Shown here: one piece after another, positions 23,643 through 36,990 of the stretch
Numbering within the stretch: position 1 is the first letter of the stretch
Layout of the letters: each line of letters starts with the position of its first letter
Source of the DNA: Squalus acanthias
Taxonomy: Eukaryota
Assembly: GCA_030390025.1 (NCBI GenBank)
Contig: CM059446.1
Location: 13,888,001 to 13,952,000 of the forward strand
DNA length: 64,000 nucleotides
Reading direction: 5' to 3'
Translations under genes and position numbers: made by a program
Notes under the pieces: model-generated
Seen by the model: the letters and a program-made list of their open reading frames with translations, nothing else
Told to the model about the DNA's origin: nothing
The model's database searches: none

Positions 23643-26219
23643 CCCCCCATTTTTTCGAAGATATTTTCTATTGTGTTATGTCCTGAATGACAAAAAAAAA
23701 GAACTTATTTCTGAATTCCAATGATAAATGCTGAATTGGATGTCCACACAGAACTGTGCTCCCTTGCTCACACAGCTAAGATCTAAATAATCTGAAACAA
23801 ATTCGTAACTGTAGCCCTCCAGAGGTTAAAGCTAATTTATTAAGCTTTCTTTTCATTTGTTATTAGCCATTCCTTGCTCGAAATATAGTTTAATTTTACC
23901 AGTAAAAAAAATAAAGCTTAAGTGCTAACAGATGGTTGCATGCCAGTACAGTTCTTTTGCCCATGGTACTAAAAGTGATTTGCAACCACGTCATATTATT
24001 TATCATTACTCATTTACTGTCAGCAGTGTATTAGAGGTTAATAGAAGTGCCAGAACATGTACTGATTTACTTAGTAAAATTTTTGTTCCAAGGTTCAGGT
24101 CGGCTGATTGGAGTCTGCGAGACTTTCAATATTCATACATTATGAACAGGAAACCGCAGTGACCTTGAGCCACGACTACTTGAACAGTATATTATATCAA
24201 GTTTGACCTTCAGCAGCTTATAAATATACTAGATGTATTTAACCAATATTTTCTTCCATATTACTGACACTGTGAAACACGCAGTCTGGAAGATTAATGC
24301 TGTGTGACAACAACAAGAACAAAAATCATGTGACACAGATATTCCGAGTCTCCTCCAATGACCTTCAGCATTGTAAGCTGTCAATACTGAGGGACCAGAA
24401 TAATCATAGGTAGCCTTTAAGGGAAAAGGGACACTTTCTTCAGTCACCTCCTGCTATTGTGCTCTGGTATATGGGGAATTGTCTTATCTTGCTTTCAGAT
24501 TCCTACGAGAAAAAAGAAATCAATAGCTGTGGTGTTAGCAGGCGTGTTAGCAATGCTACAGCAACCTCTAAAATATCAAGACAAATCCATTTCTTTCATA
24601 AATGTCTTCATTTCCAAATGTCACTGTTAAGTGATTTTATTTTTACCTATCTAAGCTTATGCCAAATAGCATTTCACAAAAGTTACCCCCCCACCCCCCT
24701 CAATTGTTTCCCAATTGGATGTAGCAGGGAGTTTACTGATTTCATTACACCAGATTGTGCTGTACTGTGTTTTATCATTTTGTTTTTAAAAATGTATTTG
24801 TGAGGGAAAAAATCCAAATTGTAGCAAGAACAGAACCATTGTATTGCAGTGTAGAATAAGAAGTAATTACTGAGAAAAATGAAAGCTGTTTCTGCTGTTA
24901 GGAGAAATGATAAGGGAATACTGTTCCTTTTCAAAGCATGGAGTCCATTTTGATATAATTGGTTCCAGAATTATTTATGACATTAATTGCTGCATTATCG
25001 ACTGGCTGTCAGCTCTTCTGGCAGTCAGTCCATCTTTCTTACCACTGCAAGCCAACTCAGCCCAAACTAGACTGACAAGCTAATTACACTCATCTCCCCC
25101 TCAATGACAAATGCTGCTCATCTGAAACCTTTCCAGAAATAGGCGCTTTTTCTTTCCTTCGAGTGAGTTCATCCTGAGCCAGTCTTTGCTGATATCTACA
25201 GGTACAGAATGCTGCTAACTCTGCACACATGGTGATTAGTTAGAACATCTCACTCGATCCAAATACCCAAACACCTTGTGCTATCAATCTGAATGTCAGC
25301 CCATGATACGCTCCTTGCTTTCAGCGGATTTTCTACTGGTTCATATCTGTCACTCAACCCTGAAGCCCACAGCTCTGAGCCTGATGAAAAAAAAAAAGTA
25401 CCACCCCCCCCCCCCCCATTCCTACTTCCAGTGAACAAGGATCGAATGCGACACGTACCAAACTCGGAATGTCCCGCAGCCAGCTCCATTCCCTCTGATG
25501 CTGTCATCTCGAGCTACATCAGGAGCACTGGCTCAATGGCAGCGTCCCTGACATCTGTCAGAAACTTTTAAACGTCTGCTCTTTTCATTAGGATGCTTCT
25601 GTATCCCAGCCAGGGGAAAGATGACATTTTGTAGGGGGGAAAACTTGTTGCAGCTCCCTCTTCCAACTGTCATTCCAAGTATCCTCTAAACATATCAAAA
25701 CACGGACAAATAAACATGGTCATTTGGAAATGTATGCAGTAATGACCAAGTTTTTTTTAACATGTCAAAGCAAAATGTGCACATTTTCTCATAGGATGCA
25801 GCGCTACAGAAAATTTAGCGCTAGGCTATCTTTGACCTTTGTGATGTGCCGCTTCCAAAGATTGATGAGCACGACTCAAATACACATGAGTTCCTTAATG
25901 CTCCTGTCCTTTTTCCATTTCAGTGGAATATTTGCCATATAAAAATTATCAAGTAAAAGTTGGAGAAGGTCATTTTGATCTCAATAGCAGTGGAAATATT
26001 CGGCCGAATTAACATCTTCGTGAACAATTATGAGCTGGGGGAAATAATAAAAAGGCCCAAGATTTATTCACAGCTGTTTGCTAACATCAAACATGAACCT
26101 ATAGTTGTGTCTGACGTATATCCTTCCGTGCCTTTTTTGGAGTCACTTTATAATTGACTAGTTCCCAATTTTGTTTATTTTTTTTATTTTTTATTTTTCC
26201 TCTGATTTTCTTCCCTTAT

Positions 26220-26590
26220 GGCTGTCCTGCTTAAAGTCTGATGCAGGTGGGCCACAGCTGTATGGGCAGTGCCAGCGCTCTGTGTCCTGGCCCAAGTGGT
26301 GATCCTTTGTGTGCGAGTTAAATGTTGGCAGATAGTCAACTGGGCAGACGGGGGGCGATGGTGAAACATCACACCTGACCCCAATCCTGTCTTTGCCTGA
26401 TGTCCACGATAGTGCAGCAACTTGGCCAACTTTACCCGCCGCCCTTCTTAATCCTAGGACACTGAAGCCAAGGGTGCGCCCACGTTACTGCCTTCGGCTG
26501 AATTCAACTAACTAAGCACAGAACAGGGATCAAAATCCTGGTATCTTTCTGATCTGAATGGCTCAATGCCACACCACACTTAGCCATTGG
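26220..26590 (-). mobile_element. Old SINE family B
   Basis: cccaagtgg..ccaatcctgtc..gatgtccac..gccaag..gctga..aactaagcacaga.cagggatcaaa, shared with the 30845 and 36650 copies. Confidence 0.6.
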
Positions 26591-27384
26591 TGGGAGTGGG
26601 TGTTAATGTCTGCATTGCATAGTTTAAGAAACTCAAATCCGAATGAAAGAAAAACCTAATTGTATATTTCCTGTCCTATTTTGTTCACCAGACACACTAA
26701 ACTCAATGGCATACTGTTATTTACATGCATTGCCTCAAGCTAAAATTAGACTTGGCATGCCACACAATAAATGGATGGAAAATAAATGGAAACATTCTTG
26801 TTCATTATTATTTGGAGATTTCTCAATACCTTCAAAAAACAATGATTTTCTGTAAGGAGATTCTTTAAGAAATGAATTGCACATGGACAAACAGCCAGTG
26901 TGCATGACAAAGGCTAATCTTTAGATGGTGCATTGGGCCCAATCTTTTAGACTGATATTGGCACTGCTGATTTCTGGGCTTGGCCAAAGGCACAGAAAAG
27001 GGGGTTTACACCAGGAATAGCGGAACAAAAAACCATAATTTTAATGCTTTTTGCATTACCTTCATTAACAACCAAGCCCCATGCATAGTACAGGAGCCGG
27101 GGAAAGGTAACATGCCTTGTGCCTCCCTGAACAATGTTACTGTGTTGTTTTGTTTTATTCTGCAAAGTCGAAGGTTCCCAGTCACAAATAGGTGATACAG
27201 CCAAAGTGCTGTTCCACAAAATATTTTTACCCAAAAGGTCATTTTCAGAATACTTAATATTTTGGTTTTTTTTCTTCCTCTCCCCACTTTTAGGATCCAC
27301 TAGGATGTACAGCTAACCAAACTCCCAGACCTACATCCGTGCCCCTCTGTAAACGTTTACTGTTGCTAAGTTTGTGATAGTAAC

Positions 27385-27580
27385 TTGGAATGACTCACAG
27401 ATGAGGGACGCCACTCAGCCCATCTTAGTTCATCCATCCAAAAAAAAAAGTTTCATTCCCCTATTCCATCATCGAACTGCATCTTCAATGAATGTAAGGA
27501 TTGTAGCTTCACTACCCTCCCCAGAAGACCACTGTAGGTGCTGATCACTCTGTGTGTGAAGAAGTTCTTCCTGATGCAAC
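27385..27580 (-). mobile_element. CR1 3' end remnant
   Basis: Minus translation IRKNFFTHRVISTYSGLLGRVV..SLHSLKMQFD. Confidence 0.75.
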
Positions 27581-28564
27581 CACTGGTCGTTTTCCCCCAT
27601 CCCACCCTGGGGGAAAGTGCCTGATGACCCAGCTGATATCTGGCCTGTACCATGAGCACTCTGTTGAGTCCTAGGAAGTGCACAGACCTTGCAGCCACAT
27701 TTCTGTCCCTGTGGGCAAGTGCTGAGTATCTATTTGCCACTTCTCCCAGTGATACGCCCAAGTTGAGGGCCTCACTGCGATGGGAGGATGCGCAAATAAT
27801 TAAAGGTTCTGAGGTGCGAGGGAAAGGGAATAGTTAAAGGGATGACCTCATTGAAATTGGAGTCATCTAAATGATGTCAACATTAAAAATCTTCACATTT
27901 GGCTCAACTTGGATTGATCTGGGCTCAGACTTAAAAGTGAACTTCTTACAGTTATCAAAAATGCTATGGAAGAAAATGTCAGTCACCATGAATTATTTCT
28001 TCATTTTTGTATCCTTAAACTAGATTGAAAAAATATGATTTTTTTTTTAAAACAGCAATTCGAGAGCTCGTGCAGGAAATGGCTACACCCTACTTCAGGC
28101 AACGTCCATGTGTTTATAATCCTCTACCCGCAGCTGAGCTTGTACACTGTCCGGAAGATTTGAAGATGAGCTGGAAAACTGCCTTCACCGGACCAAAAAG
28201 AATCCAACGATTTAGTGAATGCTTTTATTTTATAAAGAAGTGAAACAACCATCAGAGCTAAATAACAAATTGCTATAAGCATAATTTGCAAAAGACGGGA
28301 ATGTAAATTATTTCAGTCGTATGTCAGGCACAGATTAATAAAGTTAAGAATTCTGCTTTGTTAGTTTTTAAATCCAAACAATGTAACATAATATTCTTAG
28401 CATATATAAATAATACTTGCAATTATTTCATATTGTTTAGACAGGCTATCTGCTTTACAGTAAATTTTACTCATCATTGCTCAATGTTTTCAATGGATCC
28501 ACTGAAAAACTGTAAACGAGATTCTTGGAACATCATCTGTATTAAATACGACGGCACAGCAAAA

Positions 28565-28930
28565 AGCTATGCAGAGAAAACATGCATCCAAACGTTTAGT
28601 TACTGCATTAAATACAACAAAGCCGCAATGCTGTACTGTGTAGAAAAGCATGTGAATCGAAATGTTTAGTCACTGTGTTGAATATAAAACAGCAACATGT
28701 CCCATTGTAGAAAAACACAGGTATCCAAACACAACACTGTACAGCGTAGAAAACACGTGACCAAACTCAGTGCGAACAAGGGTATCCAAATGCAACACCG
28801 TACTGTGTAGAAAAACATGTGTATCCAAATGTTTAGTCACTGTGTTAAATATAAAACAGCAACATGTCCATGGTAGAAAAACACAGGTAGCTAAATACAA
28901 CACTACAGTGTAGAAAAAACATGTGCACCA
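28565..28930. repeat. Degenerate tandem repeat, about 170-bp higher-order unit built from shorter subunits
   Basis: tactgtgtagaaaa.catgtg..tc.aaatgtttagtcactgtgtt.aatataaaacagcaacatgtcc at about 28633 and 28801; recurring gtagaaaaaca and atccaaa motifs. Confidence 0.8.
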
Positions 28931-30844
28931 AAAAGTCCAAATACTGAATTTAATACTGTCAGATTATTTTGCTGCTGTAATTGCTTGCACTAAAAATAAA
29001 GGAAACGTCTCACAAAAAGATCTGACCCCAACTGAATAGGTTTTGAACACAGAAGAGGATGAGCCCCAAAAGATTTTTTTCTCCATCTTTTACAGTGGGG
29101 ATAAATTGCAAATCCTACACAAATTCGGTAAGAGACAGCAAATATGACATTAAAAAAAAATCTTATCACGGTTCAGAAATGGTCTGCTGCTCAAGAGAAA
29201 AGTTGCGGTAAAGGTAGACTAGGTTTTCAATACATCAAAAGTCAAAGACACACAGAGATATAAGTACAATCTATTCAGCCTGCTAGAGTTGTCAATTTTG
29301 TTAGTGAAACCTCACTGATCAAAGTTAAAAAGAGAATCTCATCTAATGGGGTTGATATTTAATCTTGCCAACCTCAAAATAAGACCCATAAGGCAAAAGA
29401 TAAATCAGGATAAAGTCCCTGAAATAATGTTGGTCAGTCAATGGGATTTACGGTTTAATATGACTATTCATTTCATCTTGTCCACGGCCATCTATAAAAT
29501 GGAACAGAATTTTCCCATTACTCAACAACAAGTCATTGTAATGAGTGGAGTAAGGGCTTAATGTGACTTTCTAGAACTTGGTGTGATGCAATAAGCATGC
29601 TCAGTTCAACCTCAGGTGTGACCTCTGCCCTCCCATGAGCAGCAGTTGTACCAGGCAATCCATCATGAGGCTCATCCTGTCAGGCATGCAGCTTCGGTGC
29701 AGCTGTCTGTCATGGCGATAGAAGGGACCTGCTTAAAGGCAATCATGTCAATCTCTATGTGCCTGCTCAGACTAGACTGAAAGGTTGATCTTGACAGGCA
29801 TGGCAAAGTCAGCAGAAGACACTAGCAGGCTGAAGTTGTATTCTCTGTGCTTTTTTTTTTATTTGGAAATAAGTCTTCATCTTTTTTTAAAAAAATACAT
29901 AAACAGGTAGGCCAACAACACCGTTCTTAAAGCTGATCATCGCGGATGAATCTGTTTCCCTCGGAGTGCCTTCCATGATAGACATACCGACATTTTGCAA
30001 AAACACCTACAAATGCAAAAAAAACTACAGTAAATACATTGTCTTTTAAGTTTTTTTTTAAAGAAAACAAACTTACATATTTTCTTTTTCCAGGATGCCC
30101 GCTTAATTGTACATAGCTCTACGGTGTGATCCTAAACTCAGGGCTACTCTATGACTCAGGAAATAGGAATAAGGATAATCACTGAGGCAGGTAAAGTATC
30201 TTCCTCCTCTGAAGGTGGAAGACTCCATCCCAAAGCAGATTATATCACTTCATGGTCAAACTGGGAATAAAGTTGTTCTCTCTGACACACTAAGCACTTC
30301 AATTAGCTGGCCTGTCACAATGGACTGTGGAAAGACACAAAGCCTTTAGATAAGGTTATCTCAAGGAACAGAGCCTGCAGATAAAATCTGACGGTCAGGC
30401 AACTGGGCTAACACAGTGGGTTAGAACGTTCCCTTTCAGCGCGGAGTTTGAGTTTAGTCTACACAGATGAGATGAAAGGCATCTCTCTGATGTCTATTTA
30501 AAGTACAAAGTGTAAAGCAGTTGAGCAGCCTCAATCAAGCTTCCAGGATACAAGTCCACAATGTATAAATGCCTATAAATACAACAAAAATTGAGCAATC
30601 AGGGAAGCTAGAATGCTGGCATTGGACACAGAAGTAAACTAGTGGAACGGCAGAAAATCCTCTTCCAAATTCAAGCTTAATCCGGCTAATTTGGGGCAGC
30701 CTAGAGGCAACTTTGAAATGTATCTGAACGTGAGGTGGCAGCACTTATTCAGCAAGAAATAAAACTTGAGTACCATCATTCCTTACCACAGTGAACACAA
30801 AATACTTACATGCGTTAAATCGAAAGGCTCAGTTTAAAAAAAAG

Positions 30845-31210
30845 TTTTCTCTGCTCCTCATCCCCTGAATGTGTTGACTCCTTGCTGAGGTGCAGTTCCA
30901 CAGCAACCAGTCCCCTCTGGTACCTCACACAAGTAACCATTATTCACAGTTGAGCCTCCACATTGAGTGATGACCGGCTATTTGGCTGTGGAGGCATCAC
31001 CGCCAAGACCAATCCTGACCTTATCCGGCATCCACACATGTACATTTACAATGACTTACAGCAGGAATTTTGACCGATTTTCCCTTCTCCAACCCAGGAG
31101 CTGAGGGGCCAAGTGTAGCACCTCATCTGAGACCAGCTAACTCAGGAGAGACCAGGGATCAAATCTGGATGGCCCTGGTCTCGACAACTCAGCTACCCAT
31201 TGGTTCAACT
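30845..31210 (-). mobile_element. Old SINE family B, near full length
   Basis: gttgactcc..cagttccacagcaaccagtcccctctggtacctc..ggcatcac..ccaatcctg..ctgaggggccaagtgtagcacc..cagctaactcag..gaccagggatcaaa. Confidence 0.65.
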
Positions 31211-34149
31211 GTGCTATTATGGGCATCTTTGTGCTATTTTCTATTAGTTAAGAATTATTTCATCTTTACAATATTAATTTCATTGGAGATTACGACCTTT
31301 AATAATGAAAAAAAAATGAACCTGTAGACTAATTCTTTTTGACTGTTATTTTCTAACATTTCACAATGTGGACAAAGGCTGGTCAACCTTTACTTTGAAC
31401 TAATTTACTATGTCAGGACATCACAGTACAGCAACTCTATTACAGAGCACACAGCAGTCCCCATTACAAGATAAAGCCATCACATTGTTTCTGTCTTAAA
31501 AAGCGCAACTTAAATGAACTTGTACAAGTAATTCATTGTGTAGTAGAAACTCAGTGTATGATGGGGCCTGTTGGCTAATGGACAAGTAAAGGACTGCAGT
31601 GAGTCAGCACGTTGTATCTCACCAGACATACATCTGACATCACTCGTGGTTATTTTATCTGTAAACTAAGTCCCGTTGTATGTCTTCTTTTCACATTCGA
31701 ATACATTTGTTGCTTTTATTCTTTTTGCACTCAGACTAGGAAGGGGCAGAGAAATTCGTCAAGGAAGGCAGAGGAACAAACAACTCTCATCAAATGGTCA
31801 GAGCCGAACATGTCCTCAACATGACTGCCCAGTCAGTGCCTTAGAGTTAACATGAGGGAGGCAGCTATTGCTCAGAGTGCCGGATCTGAAGGATACTTTT
31901 ATTTAAGTGAAAGCTTTATCTTTATAGTAGTGTATTGACATGTTTCATGTAATTTAAGTTTCTGGACTTTTTTTTTTTATTATTGATCCATTTAAATTTT
32001 TTAGTAGCAGACGGGATCAGTCTATCATTCTTCCCCCTCGATGCTGGGAAGAGCTGATCTCAGGAGAAGAACATCACTCACGATGATCTCCAGAAGGGAT
32101 TGACAGGCTCATGGAGGGAAGTGATGATTGAACAGCGTCAAGGAGCAAAACAGCATCCTTGAAAAGAGTACATGTGGGGAAAATTATGACTCATGAGATG
32201 TATGGCACGATCATGTTGGTCTCAGGGGGAAACAGCGTCGATGTGTAAGGATGATGCGTCAACTTCGCAAAAAAAGGAATTTTATTTCCCACTTGACATG
32301 GCACCCAAATGTTCCACACTAAGTTATTGAATAATTTTGTGCAAGAAATGTAATGCCTTTTGATTGATTCATTAAACTGCCAATTACCTTTGCTCAGCCC
32401 GACTTGCAAATGTTGATCTGATTCTTTATGCAACATAAACATACCTTGCAATTACTGGAGCAATCCGCAAGCAGATTCGACCCTACTATTTGCTCCGTTC
32501 TTCTACAGCATGCAAAATCATTGGCAAAATAAATGCAGCAAAGTATCCAACTGTACTGATAGCAGCTGTAGCACTCAACAGAGTCATTGGTCAAGCACAG
32601 AGAACGACAGTACAGTAAACCAATCCAACAGTGAGCTGCTTGTCATTTGCACTTTGACTCATAAGGTCAGCCGAGCAGACAGCTTCAGGTGGAACAATTC
32701 TATTGATAAGCTTGAAGCACAGAGGCCACATGGTTTCAATGGGACACAAACTCACAATTGCAGGGATATCTGGTCAATGTTTAACACTCGATGCCTTCAG
32801 GCTACTCAGATCAGTTCTTTCCAGAAACACTTTTGGCTTCTGCCCTTTACACGTTAGATTTATCACGATCTTCTCCAACCCGCACCCCCCACCCCCCCCC
32901 CCCCCTCACTCCCCGCCAAAATAAAATAAATGAAGTGACTTGTTAAGAACATGTTTTTGTAGCCTATGTTAACAGTTGGTGATTGCAATCTGCTGGTGTT
33001 ACTGACGGATTAGAAACAGGACTGCTAACAGACATCCTGGTGAAAGAGCCACTTGATGAATGCAAGAGACTGCAGCTAGGTGTCAGCGCTTAGAAAATGA
33101 AGCTAGGACATGTGGTATTAATATTGTCAATGATCTCAAGACAGGAAAACAGATCCCATATTCTCCGTCAGTTTTAAATAGATATCAAGTGCATTAATGA
33201 CAAAAGACCAGGCTTCAAACAAAGGAGCTGAGTGATGATGTGCTGAGTGCACTCTGCGCTGGCAATAACGTGATCTGAAAAGACATTGTCAGTTGTGGAG
33301 ACAGGCCCAGAATTGTGAGCAGTGACAGAAAACAGAGATGAGGAGAAAGATACTGGTACCATATTAGTGCCAACCATATTCCAACACTGTCTGCACTCCT
33401 AACTGAATCTGACATCATCTCCTATCACTTGCAGTATTCTCTGCTGCTCCTCCGCCTAGTTTTCCCCAGACATCATTACAAACTGTAGTCAAGTTTTATG
33501 TTACCAGCGGTTGTTCTGTCAGGGAGGTTGGGGCTCAGAGGCCTAGGGATAACCTCAGTCATTCTACATTGTGAGCTTGTAACGACGGGACACTCATTTT
33601 TTCTGATAACTCTCGCTACTTGAGGTGCTCTGTACAGCAACGTGTGAGCAGCTGTCACCTCGAATAAAGGGTTCGAATATTAAAGAAAGTGAATTTCTGG
33701 ATGTATCGTAAAGCAGTCGGACTGTCTGGCAGCAGGAAATAAATTCCAGCTGCTGCTGCTCGCCTGGGGATGAAGGTGCTCGAGCTAGTGACAGTAAAAG
33801 TCAGCTGAAATTTCTGAACTCCTGGGGTCTGAAACTGTTTAATTTTTTTTTAAAGCGTTGGCTCTGCAGAGAAGCCACACCAGGCGATGCAGCTGCGATT
33901 TGATAGCAAATCATATTTTACAGCTTTCATGTATACCTGATAAACCTGGAGTTCAAAGGGGCAATAAAAAGATACTCATTTAAAATAGGAAGCTCAGATA
34001 TCACGTAAATAAAGGAACAATTTGCTTTATGCAAGGAAGTGTTGCAACTAAACAGTTAAACTTTAACTATTCGAAGTACCCGAGAAATTGTTCACACTTG
34101 AAAAATTACACAAAGTAAAAGTAAAAAAGGCTCCAGAAAACTTGTAAAA

Positions 34150-34252
34150 TAGAAAGAAGACTGACTTGCATTTATATAGCACCTTTCACAACCTCACGAC
34201 GTCCCAAAGTGCTTTACAGCCAATGAAGTACTTTTGAAGTGTAGTCACTGTT
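34150..34252 (-). mobile_element. 3' tail of Deu SINE
   Basis: gacttgcatttatatagcacctttcacaacctc...gtagtcactgttg is the reverse complement of the SINE tail. Confidence 0.85.
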
Positions 34253-34289
34253 GAATCCTCTCCAAATGGCCCCTCTTCAGGTGAGCAAC

Positions 34290-34510
34290 AGGCTATTTGA
34301 ATGTGGGCACCATAAAAACTAAGCCTTATTAGATCTCCACACATGCACAATTTCAGGATGGTGATCAGGAGTGGGAACCTCTGTTGATTTTTCCCCCTCT
34401 CCAAATGCTGCGGCCCACCATGTCCTTGCAGAAATCAGAGCACAGTATGGGACCATCTGAGTCTATTTGGCTCACTACCAGACTAGGTGGTGCTTTTACT
34501 CAATGAGCCT
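34290..34510 (-). mobile_element. Old SINE family B fragment
   Basis: caggctatttga..gtgatcaggagtgggaacc..gattttcccc, shared with the 36650 copy. Confidence 0.55.
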
Positions 34511-35406
34511 TTCACATAACCTAGACTTGATTAAGTTTCCAAAGAAACTTTAAAAAAGACCGCCTTAGTCGGCATTTCGAGCTTCAAGCGCCCATGGCAT
34601 TGCCACATGGTGACAAACTGATCTCTCCAACAGAAAATGGCTGCTGTAAGCTAGAGAAAAACAATGTAGATTAACTGGTAACAGCTGAATTAGTATTCGG
34701 AAATATCTAGAGGAGCTACCTTCTATGTATTAAATGCAACATTTCTGGCATCTGGAACTTTCCTTTGAAGGTGCTGTAGCCCAAAAGTGTTTTCCAACAG
34801 TTTACTGATGTTGTTTTGCCTTTTAGTTGTGCATTTTCAAAAAGTAAAAGTAGTTTTCTGGATTGCTGTGCTGAAATAACTGAACCCTGTCATTCTCAAA
34901 TCAAGTTGTGGTAACATTCCCATCCATTTACTTGTATTTACCTCACCATGCCTCTCTCTGGCAGGTTTACACATTTTGATATTGGACATATGGTTACATT
35001 TTGTATAAAATCCTTCGCAAATTAGTGATGCAAAAATGAATTTTGGATGAAAAAGAAAGGCACTGGCAGACTTTTTAATCGCAGTAATGAATCATACAAC
35101 GTCGCTGCACTGGTAGTTTGAGAGTTTGTGATGGGAGCACTTTTACAAGTATGATTGATTATAATTCATGAGAATCACAAGGACCATCAGGCCAAAGATG
35201 CTAATTTACTCCCAGGTTCCCTAATGTCCAATTTTCAGGGTCCAATTCAGTATTGAAGTAATCATGGAGAAAAACGTGGTGAAATAGTGAATTATGCATA
35301 TGGACAATGTGCTTTAACATGTGTATAACACATGTTCTGGTCATTCCCCTGTATCCAACCATTCTGGACGGTAGTCCAAAACGGCCATCACAACTTCCCT
35401 CACTAT

Positions 35407-36021
35407 TAGGGTTGCCAACTCTCGCTGGACACATTCCTGGAGGTTTCATCATACAACCTCCTGCCGCCAATCGCTCCGCCCACACGTTCCCGCCATTGGT
35501 CTCCCAACCCTGGTCTCCCAACCCTGGTCTCCCAACATCGGTCTCCCAACCCTGGTCTCCCAACATCGGTCTCCCAACATCGGTCTCCCAACCCTGGTCT
35601 CCCAACATCGGTCTCCCAACCCTGGTCTCCCAACATCGGTCTCCCAACATCGGTCTCCCAACATCGGTCTCCCAACCCTGGTCTCCCAACATCGGTCTCC
35701 CAACCCTGGTCTCCCAACATCGGTCTCCCAACATCGGTCTCCCAACATCGGTCTCCCAACCCTGGTCTCCCAGCATCGGTCTCCCGACCCTGGTCTCCCA
35801 ACACATGCACCCTCACGCACTCTGCTTTCCCTTGGCAATTGGAAAGCAAACAGGCTCTTAATTGGATGATGCTTGACTGTCAGTCAAACAGCCTTTTTAT
35901 AACTAATAAATGTTTACAGAAAATGAATAAAAATGAATACGGGTTGCCCGTAGCAGTGTCCTGGAGATTAATCTTTCATTCCTGGAGACGCCAGGACAAT
36001 CCTGGAGAGTTGTCAAACATA
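35407..36021. mobile_element. hAT-type MITE containing a minisatellite
   Basis: TIR tagggttgccaac / gttgtcaaacata; 8-bp TSD ctcactat/gtcactat; inverted homolog at 46123-46397; TAGGGTTGCCA termini are as in MER53-type hAT elements. Confidence 0.85.
35498..35803. repeat. 14-bp minisatellite, about 22 units of GGTCTCCCAAC(CCT|ATC)
   Basis: Directly visible; two unit variants. Confidence 0.97.
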
Positions 36022-36649
36022 GTCACTATTCATACATTCCAAGCCTATGCTGGCTGGGCCTAGCCACTGGAGAATGAGAGCCCCCGCAGTATGTAGGTTA
36101 GCACAACTCTCTCTGTTGGCTGTAAGATGATGCACATCCTCACTGAGGCACAACAAATATGTGGCTAAAAACCTATTGGACATGTCTAAATTGGAACATG
36201 TGATGTATGGCCTCCACCTAGACCTGGGGAAAATACTGGATAGTCTGTGTTCTCTTCCTCCCTCACTCAACATAAGCCCAACTCCTCACTACCCAATCTA
36301 TACCCTAGGAAAAGACAGTAGGTCAAAGTTTGAGGGGAACTAAGCCAACAAGAGCAACTCATCTGAAGTCAGGTAAACACTGTGTAGTCAATGTATGCAA
36401 TAGATCTAGAAATATGTATCTGTATGTAAACTTTTGAAAAGTTCATTACAATAAAATAGGGGTGACATGTTACTACATTGTGTAACTGTAGATTTACAAA
36501 ACAAAATTACAAAAAAAACTAAAAGGTTTTGTAAATGTGACAAGATATAATAATTTCTGGATGTGCCAGTAATACGTAGTGATAGGATACTGATTCTACA
36601 CCGAACATATTGACATGCTGTCCTTTTTTGCCTGCCAATGTTCACTCTT

Positions 36650-36990
36650 CCTCTCCTGAAGATCATGACTCTTTGTTTGGTTACAGTTTCATGGGCACCA
36701 ACCAGCCTCGGCACCTTGCCCAAGTGGTTATTATTCATGTGTGTGCATTGATGGTGAGTACCAGCAAAGTATTAAACTGTGCAGGGCATCACTACTGAGT
36801 CCACTAGTTGGCATCAACCCACATGCACTTTCAGCAGGGATCTTTGATACCAATGAGGAGTGGGAACCCTGGTCGATGTTCCCCTTCCTACCCCAGGGGT
36901 GCCGTGGCCAACAGTAGCTCGCTCGCTGAGATTAAACTCAGCACAGACCAAGGTCCAAGGTCATGTTACACGTATAGATTGACCCATGGT
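36650..36990 (-). mobile_element. Old SINE family B
   Basis: cagtttcatgggcaccaaccagcc..cccaagtgg..gggcatcac..gagtgggaaccctgg..aactcagcacagacca. Confidence 0.6.

Noticed and set aside
30094-30190. Exon with strong splice sites (ttttccag| ... cag|gtaaag)
   Set aside because: Stops in all three frames; it could only be non-coding and there is no other support.
35201-35861. Long repetitive ORFs on both strands, or a CRISPR-like array
   Set aside because: Produced by a stop-free 14-bp minisatellite; there are no unique spacers and no cas genes.
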